A stretch of DNA of 64,000 nt from Vicugna vicugna (Eukaryota), in NCBI GenBank assembly GCA_013265495.1, contig MU058337.1, positions 2,634,686-2,698,685 on the forward strand. Direction: 5' to 3'. Position numbers and translations under genes: made by a program. Under the pieces are notes generated by a model, which did not search any database, was not told the origin of the DNA, and was given only the letters and a program-made list of their open reading frames with translations. Of the stretch, positions 25,020 to 38,300 are shown in pieces (within the stretch, counting starts at the first letter, position 1; each line of letters begins with the position of its first letter).

Positions 25020-25920
25020 GATGGTGTGGCTTGGTTCATGGGTGGATCTGTGAAACTCAAAGATGATAGAGTTCACTAGACCACTATGGCCATCTGGTCC
25101 AAGGATGGCCGCCTTCCAACTGAGACCACACATGTACGGTCTTCCCAATGCGCCTAGCTCCGTGTGCTGATAATGGCTGTGACCACTACTCCAATAGTAC
25201 CTCAGCTCCCTCCTGCACATTTACAGAGTCATGGCTGCTGAAACAGCCTAGACATATGGTCCAGTGACTAGCAGATTTATGATTAGATCATTAAGGACTC
25301 CCCTGTGTCAGGACAGGGACTATGGCAGCAGCATGCACTCTGGGAAGGAAACCATTCACAAGGCAACATGGATGGAACTCATGAGATGATCAAGCATGTG
25401 TTCAGTGAATTTCCATGATTGCCCAATTGGTCTGCCACAGATGGAACATAGGAGTCCAGCTCAGATTCAAGAATGGGTCAAATCATGAACACTTTTCCTG
25501 GAAGAGACAGAAGCCAAAGATGTAGCATAGTTGTGCGACATCTGCCAGGGGCCTGGGCCAAGCACCATGGCAAACTGGGCCACATCAACAGGAGTACGGG
25601 TCGTGTGTGAGTGTGTCAAACTGACCCCATTGGACAGCTAGTCCCCAGTCACGGTTTCCATGGCGCCTCAGCACTGTGGACACATAAGTCAGATATGGGG
25701 CATTCCAGTGTGCTGTGTAGATCCTGGAACCACTACCGTGACTTTGGGAAAACATCTTTGCCATACGTTCAGGTATCCAGCAGGATTCCAATCTGAGCCG
25801 CTGTATTCACTGCACAAACTACACAGCAGTGGGCATGCCCCTTGGCATCAGATGGATGGTTCATGCTCCCTGTAGCCTCCAGGCAAATGGGGGGATAGAA
25901 CGGGATCTATAGACCCGTCT
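25020..25920 (+). mobile_element. ERVL (class III ERV) internal pol remnant: RNase H plus integrase, multiply frameshifted
   Basis: Manual translation gives, in order: AWFMGGS (25029; cf. RNase H AWFTDGS), SSQCA*LRVL (cf. SSQWAELRAV), CDIC (25534; HHCC zinc finger), QTDPIGQL (D at 25623; cf. WQxDYIGPL), HTFRYPAGFQSE (cf. FGxPxxIQSD), and HAPCSLQANGGIER (25862-25903; cf. HxPYHPQAxGxIER). Confidence 0.85.
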
Positions 25921-28900
25921 GGTGCTTCCATAGAAGGGAAACCCGATAAGATAGCTCAATACCATTCCTTTAAATTCTGGGAACACACGTGAACATCAGA
26001 ATTGGTGACAACTTCTTACTAGCAGTATCCAAGTTTGTACGCCCACTGGAGAAAGAGTCCGCAGAGAGCAAGAAAGGATAATATCATAGTGTGCCTGAGA
26101 AGCATGTGGCTTTGTCCTTTATGGATTTCTGGGCTCCTGGAAGAAAATGTCATTGGTGCTTATAGATCCACATAAAGAGAGATGTGGCTTTCAGATGGGG
26201 AGGCAGTTCAGATGGACGAAGCAAGAGAACATGTGAGCTAGAACAGCGCTGGGAATAGAGGATCAGCAAATGAATCTAAGAAAGAGTTTCTTCTCAGGGG
26301 CATCCTCATTGAAGGAATCTAAACTCAAAGATAACAGAGTCCCCTGGACCCCTGGGTGGCTGAGCTCTGTTCCAAGCTAATTAACAATGCAACCAGCTTC
26401 AAGGAACTGGAGATGCAGGAGGTGCCTTTCCTGTGAAGACTGGTTGGGGGCCTTCCCCCCTCATGTAGAGAGGCTCTTTCTTCTCTTCCTCAGGACCACC
26501 CTGTCAGAGATAGTGATTAACGGTGCCTAATTACGGATGTGCAAATCCAGAGCCCAGAGCTTGACCTCAGCTCCTGAGCTGAAGTCTTTACATTTCAAAC
26601 CATCAGGAACTTATTGCTTTTATGAGTTTTAATCTGGAAGAGTTTTAAATCAAGATATCACTGGATAGTAGTTCCTATCAAGCATCATAAAATCTCATAA
26701 ACTGAGACAATGCCATACTATACCAGTCCCCAAATATAGAGGTATTGACTAAAAGCTACTCCTCCTTTATGATTTCTGTTTATGAAAAGAGGAAAGAAGA
26801 AACAGGGGAAAAAATAATGTCATGGCATCATTTTCCTTTATATCTCAATTTATGTTAATGTGGGACAAAAGGATTACTTTTTATCCTAGGCTTCCTTGGT
26901 GATGTCAATTTCCCCATAAAATAATTTCCCATGTGCTGAAGTTAATATTAATACGTTAGCTCTTTTCTGTAAAACGGTGCTTTTGTCACAATGACTGTCA
27001 GAGAACAAAATAGGGGTAATGTATGACCCGAAAGTCAAAAATAGAATGAAAAAAATCCTGAAATAAATTCTTTCAGAAGAGAAATAACACCTGTTATAAG
27101 AGTGCCAATAAAAATGAGGAAAAAGAAAATTACAGTAGAAATGCATTCCCCCACTTCTTTTCAAAATGACTTCATTTTTATGTAAATATTTGTATCGCTC
27201 TCATTGCTTAAATACGCAAGTCCCTACGGAGAGCAGAAGGGATAGCCTTTGAGTAAAGATATAACTGTCTTTTCCCACTAAGCGTGTTATCACAGGCGAA
27301 ATTACATTTATCTTTGGGTTCAGGAAGCGGGGAGTAAAATTCAATGAACTCTTAATGTGTTTATATTTCAGGAATGCATTTCACCTTATGCTGTGCATAT
27401 ACGCTCTAAATTAAGACAAGTTAATGAAGCCGACAAACTCAAGGAACTCAGAGCTCTGCTATCATCATCACTAATTTGCTTTTAAGGAGTTTCCAAAATG
27501 TGTTTCACTCTGTCGCTCTGAGCTTTACTCTGCCACACTCTGAAACTTCTTAATTGGGGGCACAAACCATTGTTCATTCTGGTCTTTTATTTTTCTTGTG
27601 CCCACGTAGGGCGAAAGTTAAGTTTTGTGCCGTTAGACCCAACCACATGATGAAAATGGCGGTCCATTTTAACTCTTGCTTCCTTGTGTGCTGACAGATC
27701 TGTGTAGTAAACACTTGGGGTCATATGAATATTAAATGCTTTATGGGGAGTGGGTGGCTCTTTATAGGATCACATCACTTCCATTATTAGATACCCATCA
27801 GTTACATCATAGGTTTCTCCCTGTCACATGATGGTTCTGAACCAGATGTACATGGTGATGCATTTCTAGTGTAAATACTCAGAATCATTATTGCTTCCTT
27901 CCCCTCTCCAGCCAATGACATAATCTCTCGTATGCAGGGAAAATGGACTTACTTTTTGTCTACGACTTACCCTTGGCCATTGCACATGATCATTTATAGG
28001 AGTCTGAAGCACTATTGAGTTTCATTCTAACGGAATAAATTTTGCTTAATGTGAAAGTTCAATAAATAGATTTTAACATTTTATTGTGAAAAATATTACC
28101 CTAATAAAATTGTGTTTTATTCTTCCCTGTGTTTGGAGATTTTATGTATGCGTTGTGTGTGTGCGCACTGTTTCCCAAAGTCTCAGCCAAGTTGGAATAA
28201 TAATTGTTAATATTTATTGCCCCAGTCCTGGGCAAAGGGGTACTGTGTCACTTAACCCCAAGAGCAAAGCCAAAGGGGTTTAGGGCCTAGACATTTGATT
28301 CCATTCTCTGAGTCCTAATGCCAGGGTTCTTGTGTGTGTGAAGGAGTCCTGATTGCTCCTCCCCCATGGTTGATCTTGATTTCAGTCTTGATTTTTCCCC
28401 TCTCTGAGCTGAGATCCCCGAGATATCCTTTCTTACCTCCGTAGTGAGGCATAGGCTGAGCAGCCCTTTCGGGATGTTGAACATTGGCTGCTGCAGGTAA
28501 ATTTATTCATCTGACGTGTGTGTTCCCGGGACAATTTTGAGGACTGGGAAACCCTCCCCATGTCTCTGGAAGGCACTGAGTATTCAGACTGGGCTTCCAT
28601 ACAGACGGGTCTTAAAGAAAGGGATGAAGACTTTTTCTAGAATTTCGCTCCCATGGATTGAACATTCTCCAGGGAGTCCTCAGAGGCTGCTTCCCTGCCC
28701 AGGCGCTGGTGGGCGGAGCTGGTGAGGGAGGCGGAGGCCAGGGGAGCGATGAAGCAGTTAGGTGATGCGGGCTCCAGAACTTGCTCTTCAAGCACGGCCT
28801 CTGTTACCAGTTTCACTTTTTATGGCTAAATTAAATAGAACATTTAGTAAAAAATCGGAAGCAGCTTAAATGTATTTATAGTCTGAATTTTGAAGTTGCC

Positions 28901-28950
28901 CAAACTCAAGAGAAACTGACACTCTGAATTAGGAGGAACAAGTTCTCTCA

Positions 28951-28990
28951 CTGTTTTGTTTTGTTTTATTTTGTTTTGTTTTTTTGTTTT
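28951..28990. repeat. (TTTTG)n low-complexity repeat
   Basis: Seen directly. Confidence 0.85.
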
Positions 28991-31900
28991 GGGGGATTTT
29001 TTTTTTTATTATTTTTGGTAATATCATGCTCTGTAATATGAAGTTATTTCATAGGGTGCATCTTACCCCAGCTCCTCTTCAAAGTACTGGCAAATAAGGG
29101 TCACAATTGAGGACACATAATAAAAAGTCTGGTAAAAAGGAATATTATTTTGATCTATTTTCATAGATATTTTATTATACTCTGAAAAGAAACTTAATGG
29201 AAAGCTGTTTTATTACATTTTCCCACAAGCTAATCCTTAATGAAAAGAAGAGTTGCTTTCCTCAAAGTGTCTTGCTTATTTCCAGATTATCTAATGGAAG
29301 TTAGGTTGGAGAAGGAGGGGGGAAAAAGAAAGAAAAGCACTTCTAATTATTTTGCAATTTGCTTTAATTTAAATCAGAGTCTAATTTGTTGTCACATCAG
29401 ATTAAGAGGAACTGCACAACCAAATGCAGTGAATTCAATGTGTTTCAGAGCCAAGGGCTAAACCTGGATTTACCGCGTGCATGTGTTAAATTCAACTTCA
29501 TATTTCTAGAGAAAGAAAAGTTAAGCTTTTCCTTTTAAGTAATAAACATACACAGGGAATTTAAAAATCAAGCCAACCTCAACTTAAACCAGTGGCCCAG
29601 GTATTCAAGACAATGGCGTACACAACAGTACCCTCTTTCATTTTCTTTTCTTAGCAAAAATTACAGTGTTTTATAATACAGCATTGATTTGCGCCTAATC
29701 TGGAATAGCCCTTTTTATTAATATTGTAGTAAACCCCAGGAAATGATGCTAGAGGCCACAGATTCGTGCCAAAATACATATGAAGGCAGTTGATTCTAGT
29801 TATTAGGACCATACAGGGTCCCGGCCCCTGTTGCCATGAACAAACACAGAGCCAGCTGCGCACAGACTTGCTTTTATACAGACCTGCTCACTCATATCTG
29901 TTCGCAGCTTTTCCTTTCATCGGGGTCAGAGCGACCCAGGGCTGCGCAGGGACCCAGCGGTGGCGAGCAGGCCTGTGTTAGCAGAGGGGTGCGCGGCGCC
30001 AGTGGGCCAATTATCCGCCACTACAATTGGGTGCTAACCAAAACCGGCTTCTTGCAAGTGTGTGTAAAGCAGCACCTGGGGGCCGTCACAGGCAATGAGC
30101 TGCCCTCCAGTGATTTCATTTTCCTGAGAAAAAAAATTCCGCTGGCCATTTGAATGGAAGCACTCATTTTGAATAGAAACCACATCATAGGAAAAAAAAT
30201 GTTTTAAATTTTTGTTTATAAGTGCAGGATAAGGGGCAAAAAAAAAAAAAAGGACATGTAATTCAAAATATGTATCATTTCCCACCCAAATGATTATGTG
30301 CAAATACACACAAACACAGCCACCCGGGCCAGCAGCAGCCACTTCACTTGCTATTTTTTAAACAATTGAACATAGCATTTATTTATTCTTTTCATTTGTT
30401 TGTTTTTTGTACTTAAACCTGCGACATGATTTTAAACACCTTTAAAGCTTTCCTACTGTAGGCCTTCCTTCTCGTTTCCAAAGTGAGATGTTTACATCAC
30501 AGAGGACTCGGGTACCCATGGGATTTCAAATCAGGTCAGTGGAGCAATTGCTAAAAATGCCACTGCAATTATAATTTAAAAAATAAGCCCTGAAGATACA
30601 TTTCTGTGGGGGGATCTCTTGTCTGTGGAATGCAGTTCAACTTGGTAGAGCGTGAGGTTTTCAGTTTGCAGGTAAGTGCAAATATCTTTCCCGTATCCCC
30701 AGTACTGGGAGACTCGGTGATTCAGCTTGCTTGGCATTGTAAGTCTTGGTATTTTACAAAGATAGAGATGCTATTAACCTAGTCTGGTGGCAGCCATGCA
30801 GGTGAGCTGTTCCTCCCTCCCTTCAAGGAGGACCTCACGTGAGGCATGTATTTTGTCCACAGCCTCCAGCTGCTCACCTTGGGGACCCACTACAGCTTTC
30901 ATGACGAAGCCAGCCTTTAGCCTGGCATTTCCCAGCCAGTGATGAGCATGAAAGTGCTGCTTGAGTCAGGCCATTCTTGTTCCCCATCACACGGAGTCTC
31001 TCAGTGATGCTCTGTAGGGTGCTGTTCCTGGTACCAATCCTGCTTCCTTCCTTAGAACTGCAGTACAGCCTGCAGGCTCTCCCCAACCCTGCCTTCTCCC
31101 TCCCCTCTTTACCTTTCACAGGTATCCCCTCACCATAAAATAAGTGACTTGAATATTTAATTCTATTACGACATCTGCTTTTTTGGAGGACTCAGACCCA
31201 TAGTCACGTCTTCCCTTTTTTGTATTTATTTTCAGAGATTCTAAATAAGTGAATTTTTCCAACTATAAACTACCTAGTATAAGAGAAGCCAACCTTAAAA
31301 CATATTTATTAAAATAAAAACTGGGTATGTCCAGAGAAACAATTATTTAAGAGTTTTGCAACTGACTTTGATGTTAGAAATTCTTCTCCAACATGGTTTT
31401 CCATTTTAAATATGTGAAGCAGCATTTGGCAGCACAGAGGAGCTACCAGCACGTCCCGTTTTCCCCACCTCATCAGCTGATTCCATTGGATTTTCATGTA
31501 AATTTAATTCAAATAAGTTCTTAGGAAGCATTTCCATCAATTCTGCTTAAACTGACAATGCATCTCCTTTAAAATAATAGCCAGAGTGATATTTTTTAAT
31601 TGTCTCAAATTATTTGCCACCTGCTTTTGATAATTTTTTTTTCAGAGTATCCAGTATGTCCCAGTGCTCATTGCCTTCCCAAAACCACAACAGCAACACA
31701 CAAACTTGCAGGGAACCCATGCAATCCATCTGGATCCTTGACCAATTCTGCTGTGTGCTCTTCAACAGTAAAACACATTCTAACCTCCCCCCAGATAAAG
31801 GCATTGTCCATCATTTTGTACATTCCGACTTCTCTCTCCTGTGCCCTTCAATCACTCCACCCACTACCCAGAGCTTGGCTAGCTCCACGTTCAGTTTTCC

Positions 31901-34779
31901 GCCAGTTCTGCAAGTTTCAGTGGCACAACCATGACTGTATCCTTCCGGCCCATCACAGTGAGACAAGCTACCAGTGCATCAAATAGTCAAAGCTTTTAAA
32001 AGAGGAATATTCACACTCTTGCTGAAGGCCTTACTTTCCCATCTCTGGCTCCATGCAACATCTAGCCATGGCATACTATTTCTCGAACTGCGTGATAACA
32101 GAATGAATGCAAATTTGATTTTTTTCCCTTCCAGTCCCAACTCCCTAATTAGCTACAGACAAAAATTCAGTCTAACTTTCCTGTCCCTATCCAGCCTCCT
32201 CACTATCTCGTTGTTGTCGTCCTAGTTCAACTTCTACTATAATTGTTTCTTCTGTGACACCTTGGTTAATGTCACTTCAGAGATGTGTTTCCTTAGCTAA
32301 TACTCGCCTGCACTCACTCACTCAGTGTTTCCGGAGTCTCTGCTACGTGCTTTGCACAGACAGCAGGCATCTTCTCTGGCTGCACGGAGCTAGTAATCTC
32401 CCGGAGACAAACAAGCACTCTGTAAATACGTAGTGCCAGTTTTGATAGGTTCTTTGAAGACAAAGGATGGAAATCAAATGCGAGGAGCCATGATTAGAAT
32501 ACATATTCATAAAATTTCTCTCTGAGAAAATATTTAAGTTGAGACGCACAGAATGAGATGACAGTCAATGTTTACAACACCCAGACACATCCACAAACAT
32601 ACCCACATTTTTGTCTCTGTAACTACCTTTGCTTCAGAAACTGGGTTTCAATTGGTCACCATCAATTAGCCAATATAAAGCATGACTGTAGATGAGGATA
32701 CAGATACAGTCAACCCAGCAGCCTCTCCATCTGCTCACACGTGCCTCCCTCCAACGCGACAGAAGGAGGGGTTTTGGTAATTAATTGGAAAGCAAGAGAT
32801 GAAAAGGCAGGAGGGTACTGTTTGGCATCCTTCTCCCTCTGCGGTCCTCTCACCTGACCCCCGCAGCCACTGCCGCTTTTCAGCGGGAGCGGGCATCCTT
32901 CCAGCAGCTCTCACAAGAGCTTCCTCACTACCTGCTGCTCAGCCAAGAGATTTGTCAAGACCCCCTCAGGCTCATTCTCATTCTCATACTCGGCCATGGT
33001 TGCTTTCTCTTTACTCCAATATCCCCCTTGTTTACCATTAAGCCTTTAGAGAGTGCGGAAGGATGTAGGCTTCCGTGGCTCTGCTACCAGACATTTAGGT
33101 TGTAAGTGTTCTTTGGTCAGTGGGCACTTTCTGTCGTAGAAGGAAAGCTAGGAAGGTGCTTCTGGATTCCTGAATCAGCCCTGCCTTCTTTTACTGACAG
33201 GGCAGGAGGCGTAGGAGGCTGTCATGACTGAATCCAGTGACACGGCCCGACCCCAGCTCTCCTGACCTCGCGTCTGGGGTGAGCACGTGTCCTGGTGGTC
33301 TGGGGCCGTCCTGGCTTATGGATAATCCTGTCTAATAAAGACAGGTGCAGGCCTGTTGTCCCAGAGAAATCATAACGAGAGGCCCTTTCCCCTTCATGCG
33401 TCTCTCCGTTTGGAGAAGAGTTTATCTACTCCCCCTACACAGAGTTCCTCTGACTTTTCACTGTACCACGTCTCTGCTTTTTGCCCCTCAGTGAAGTTTG
33501 TGTTAGGCCTCTGACGTGTTTCCGAATGCAGCATACTGTTACATAGAATAAATGGTGCGATTTTTCAAATATTCCCAAATGTGTGATTTTTCTCTTAGGT
33601 AAGAAGAAACCCAGAAAGGACCCAGCCAGGGATCCAAGTGGCTCACTTAAGACCCTCTTTAAATGTCAGTTATTTTTTGAAAAGAGCATAGGAAGTTGGG
33701 GCTGTGACAAGAAGGGCAGAGAACTTGGTGGCATTTGCCTCCAGGACGGAAGTGGAAGGACCTCCTCTTAGAATCTCCGATGGCGAAACGCCTGCGTCTT
33801 TTTAAAAGAGACGAAATCTGCTTCCTCTGTGGCAGCCACTGCGCCAAGCCTTTATGGCATTCCCTCAGTTGACACAATGCCCTTATTAATTATGTACCTT
33901 ATGTCCCCCGTGTGATAGATGGTCAAAGTGAAGGCAAATTCGCCCGACTTACAGCTTTCACTCTTACCATGAAGGATGCTGACTCCATTTGTAGTTACAT
34001 TTATAATAACCCCTGTTCCTTGTATTTTTCCTCTGCACTTTCCATTTGTTATTTCCTCCTTTCCCCTGTATAAATCCCAAAGATTATTATAATGAAAGCA
34101 AATCTATCTTTCTTAGGGGGCAGACTAACAGTGAGAAATGACTATGGGCAATTTAACTTTGTGCTCCATTTTCCAGTCACTTTGGGATGAACCTGCCTCG
34201 GTGACAAGAGTGATTTTTAGTAGCTACTAAAGTGATGGGCTCGCAGGCTGGGAAGTTTTATGTAATCCAGAGGAATAAATAAAGGCACTGGAGGCCCATG
34301 CCAGCCTCGGGGGGGAGGGGGGCCTGCCCCGCAGACGAGCAGCGGAGCGGCCACGATCCTCCGCATGGAACTGCCTGGCACCTTCATTTATTATCTCATC
34401 AACAACAAAACAGTAATTGAAGGACCTTTACTGGGCTCCGTGGGGTGTAAGTGCTCAGTCACCTGACAAGGCCAGGGAATAGCTCTTCCCTTTATTTAAC
34501 TATTCTCTCTAAGATTTATAACGTGTATTACTAAGGCTTGCAACCCCATGACGAAAATGTCCCTGTAAAACTACACTTTAAGTAAACAAACTTTCCTGGG
34601 ATGACCTGGAAGGAAGATTGCTTTTATTGGCTGAGAGTCATCATGGTCATCACCGGTCAGCACTTTGATCAACGTGAGGTTGTAAGTTGCAGGTGAGCAA
34701 ATACTAAATATGCTTACTTTAATCATTTATAAACTCAGTTATTAATAATGTTTTTAGGTATTTTTTGTTATTTATTTCT

Positions 34780-34880
34780 CTGTTCATTCATCAAACGTTT
34801 GTTAAGCATATAGTGTCATGTTAAATGTGACTGGAAATATGGACATTTATGTTATGGTCTTTGATCTAAAGGCTTACAAC
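34780..34880 (-). mobile_element. L2 3' tail fragment
   Basis: ttcattcatcaaacgtttgttaagca...atggtctttgatct resembles an antisense L2 end. Confidence 0.45.
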
Positions 34881-34919
34881 CCTAGAAGAAGAAGGAAAAA
34901 GGTAGTGATTAAATTGTAT

Positions 34920-34992
34920 TTTTTCTTCCTCCCTCTCTCCCTCCCTCCTTCCCTTACTCCCTTCCTTCCTTCTTTTTCTCTTTCTCTCTTTC
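34920..34992. repeat. CT-rich low-complexity tract
   Basis: Polypyrimidine run of cctt/ccct-like units, seen directly. Confidence 0.85.
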
Positions 34993-35184
34993 ACCGGTTT
35001 ATGTATTTTCCTGAGAGTGAAGAATAGATTCAGGGATAAGAAAGAGTAACAAGGTTTGGGTTCTAAAACAACGATTAAGGAACTCTCGAAATTAAAGAAT
35101 CTGTACGTGGCAAAGTTCTTCATATTTCTTATCACATTTTATGACAAGAAACTTGGAGTTACATATAGATGGACAAAGGAAGAA

Positions 35185-35345
35185 AGAGCATTAATTGAGC
35201 ATCTACTCTGTACAAGGCGCCATCAAAGACATTCCACAGATATTTTCTCCTGCGTTTCTCACAAAAAAAATTGAAATTTCATTTTCCATTTCTGAAGTTG
35301 AAACCCAGGGAATTTAAGTAACTATTTGACCTTTGGAAAGTCAGT
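35185..35345 (-). mobile_element. MIR SINE fragment
   Basis: cattaattgagcatctactctgt...ccattt...gaaacccagggaatttaagtaact resembles antisense MIR. Confidence 0.55.
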
Positions 35346-38300
35346 AATCGTCAGATAAACCCTTATTATAGTTACATTCTCTGGGCTGTATTAAAAATAT
35401 GCACAAAAGGAAATGAGAACAGAAGCAAAAAGGAGCACTACAAAAATCAATTACACACAGAAGGCGGCAGTCAGGAGACAGATGAGAGGGCGAGAAAGCT
35501 TTAAAATGTTACATGAGACAAAAAAAGGCATTATTATATTGATACAGGGTCAATTTCCTCATCAGGTAACTGCAGATCTCCATGTCTTTGGAGTCAGCTA
35601 CCGGAAGATGATCGTGATCTTTTGATGGTGTCACATTTCCTTGATTTTTTAACGTTCTTTGAAGCCTTGCACCGCTGTCTGCAGCTGCGGCAGCACTCAC
35701 CTCTTCTAGTCTTTACTGACTGACTTCGGGGAAGAAACGCCTCCTGGCAGCCCTGCTAGAGATTCGGAGGCTTTCTCAGACCTTCTGCTCCACGTCCCTT
35801 GCTCCCTCTGTGGCAGAACTGAGAAGCCTGAATGCCTCCTCTCAGTCTTGCGGGACACCAGGCCATGTGCTGATCACCCCCCTTTTGCTTTCACCCGGAC
35901 AAGCCTAAAGATCCTGTTGGTGGTCTCTGGTCGCCAGATTCCAGCTGGCTTTCGGCCCGTAGCTTGCTCTCACCACTGGCAGGAGCTCACCCACAGGGAG
36001 CTGGCCCCAGGGCTGTGGTGCGGGGGTGAGGACGGGAGCACTGGGGATGCCCAAAGCCGTAGGGGTGATTCCAGGGGTGAGGAGCCCCCAGAGGGTCACA
36101 GGCAGGAGTCTCTGTGGAGTCTGCTGTGTGGTTCATGGGACCCGCGTCCCTTTAACGCCCTATGAGAGCTGATCTTTCTTTCTCCCAGCCTCTCCCTGCC
36201 CCTGAGTCTTGTAGCTCAGGGCTCAGGACTCTAGATGAGACAAGAGGGAAATGGGCCTCTGTCAGTGTCCCCCACACCTGGGGAGGCCAGGTCCTCACTC
36301 CTGGGAGGAGTCACAGGCTGAGAAGGTCTTACTTGGCACTACTCTGTTCCCCCTCCTTGGGGGAGAGGTGATGTGGGGAAAGTCAAACCACTCCTCTTAC
36401 TTCTCCAATGCATCCAAACTTGCACTGTTTGCTCCAACACTGTGCTGGGGTTTCTCTGCGGGAAACCTGGACTTCCACAAAGGCTCTCTCCTCCACGGGT
36501 GATCGCCTAAGACGGTGTTCTCCAGGCTCCCAGGTTACAAGTGAGAGGGGCTGGAGCCAGGTCTACCGCCATTGCAGGGTCCACAGCTGGGACCGAGATC
36601 CGTGTGTCTGTTACCCCACACATGGGTGGGCAAGACTCCCCCTGGGTCTGGAGCGTGGTACTGCACCCCGTGGCTCCCACAGACACACTTCCACCTGTGG
36701 ATGGATGCCAAAGTGCTGTTGAGCCATGCTCCTGATGTCATTCTGCCCAAGATAATGACCTTGACACACCAAATTACCTTCACAATCAACAGACCTTCAG
36801 TTTGAATACCCTGGGTTTAAGGCTATATCTTCCTTAGAGCCCAGAAGTACCATTTTCAAGTCAAAGGAATCAATAAAATATAAGTTTAACAACCTAATGT
36901 TAAATATATATATATTTGAAGCTTGGAAATAGGCAAATAGTCATCTTGTCATTTCAGCGTCTCACTGGAGCATTGCCTAGCAAATACACTCTGACTTTAT
37001 TTAATTTACCAAGAGACTGAACTTTTGTTTCCTTTAGTATCTTACGTGGATTAGGGCCAAGGCCAACAAAAATGTTGCATATTAACTTGTAGATATTTAA
37101 CCTGTATTTCTGTCTGGGAAGATGAAAAACAACACAGGACATGGTTTTACTGTGGAATATTAACTAGTTTTTGTTTCTCATCCGGTAGTTTTATTCCGGC
37201 ATCCTTTCTTTCAGTGACAATATTTATTTAGGCCCTCAAGCTGTCTTTCCAGCCAGGTTCACCATCCAGCTAATGCCTTCATCAGTAAGTTAAACAAATC
37301 TTTGACACAGGCTCACTGCATGAGTTTATGAGAGTTATCATTTTTACTTTCTGTAAATTATACATTGAAGTGTTTCGTGTGTTCAAGCCATCTCCATGGA
37401 TAATACTCTGGGGTTAAAAAGGCAAAACAAAAAATAAAGTGTATTTTCAATATACCATGTTAAAGAGCATCTAAATATACATTCTCCTTGCATGTTTGAT
37501 TGAAAAGGATGAAGGCGTCCAAGAGCGTTAACTTCAAGACTTGCGAGAAAATGGATCAGTAATTAATAATTCCTAGATCTCTGCTTCTTAAGTGGGTGAT
37601 CAACAACACACTGACCATTTGGCTGACTACAAACCATGAAAGGCATTTTTCAGTTGGAAAATTCTGCTCATAAAATCAGGGTACATCAGTTATAATAAGA
37701 ACTCTTCCAGAGGCATTTGCTTAGAGGAATCTGGTTTGGAAGTTATATTGCTACCATCAGACTTGCTATGCAGCATTTTCCCTTGACAAAATGTAATACC
37801 TTTTGAAATACACATCCTTATTATAACAACATTCATAGTGTCAGGAAACAGCCTATGTTCTTATATAAATCAAAGGAATTTAAAAGATAGAAAATATTAA
37901 TATGTCAACCAGAGTCTTCAGTATGAAATCACATTGACAATTACGGGTTCCTTGGAAATGATTTTTTGTTGTTGTCACAGAAAGTTCTCTCTTACAGTTT
38001 CAGTATTTTTGCAGTCCCTAAAACATTTATTTTTAAAATAGTTAATAAGTAGTTAATTTCAAGTTCCAGATTTTATTATGTCTTCATTTTAGTTTTTATT
38101 GATTGTGTTTCATGTATTTATGATTTTCAGAGATGTTCTTTTGTCTTTAATAATCAGTTTTGATGACTCTGCCATATTGACTGAAATATGGGAAATGGCC
38201 TTAACCAGATTGTTGATAGCTGCATATTATTAAAAAGCTGATTATATGGATGCCTTGACTAAATTGACTATTTTTGGGCACAGTACTTAGAATGCCTTTT

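Noticed and set aside
31600..31986. 128-codon ORF and overlapping ORFs
   Set aside because: Non-ATG start, no recognisable domain and no convincing splice signals; consistent with chance.
34309..34322. G7-A-G6 run as a G-quadruplex
   Set aside because: Only two G tracts, so it does not fit the canonical motif of four G3 tracts with loops.
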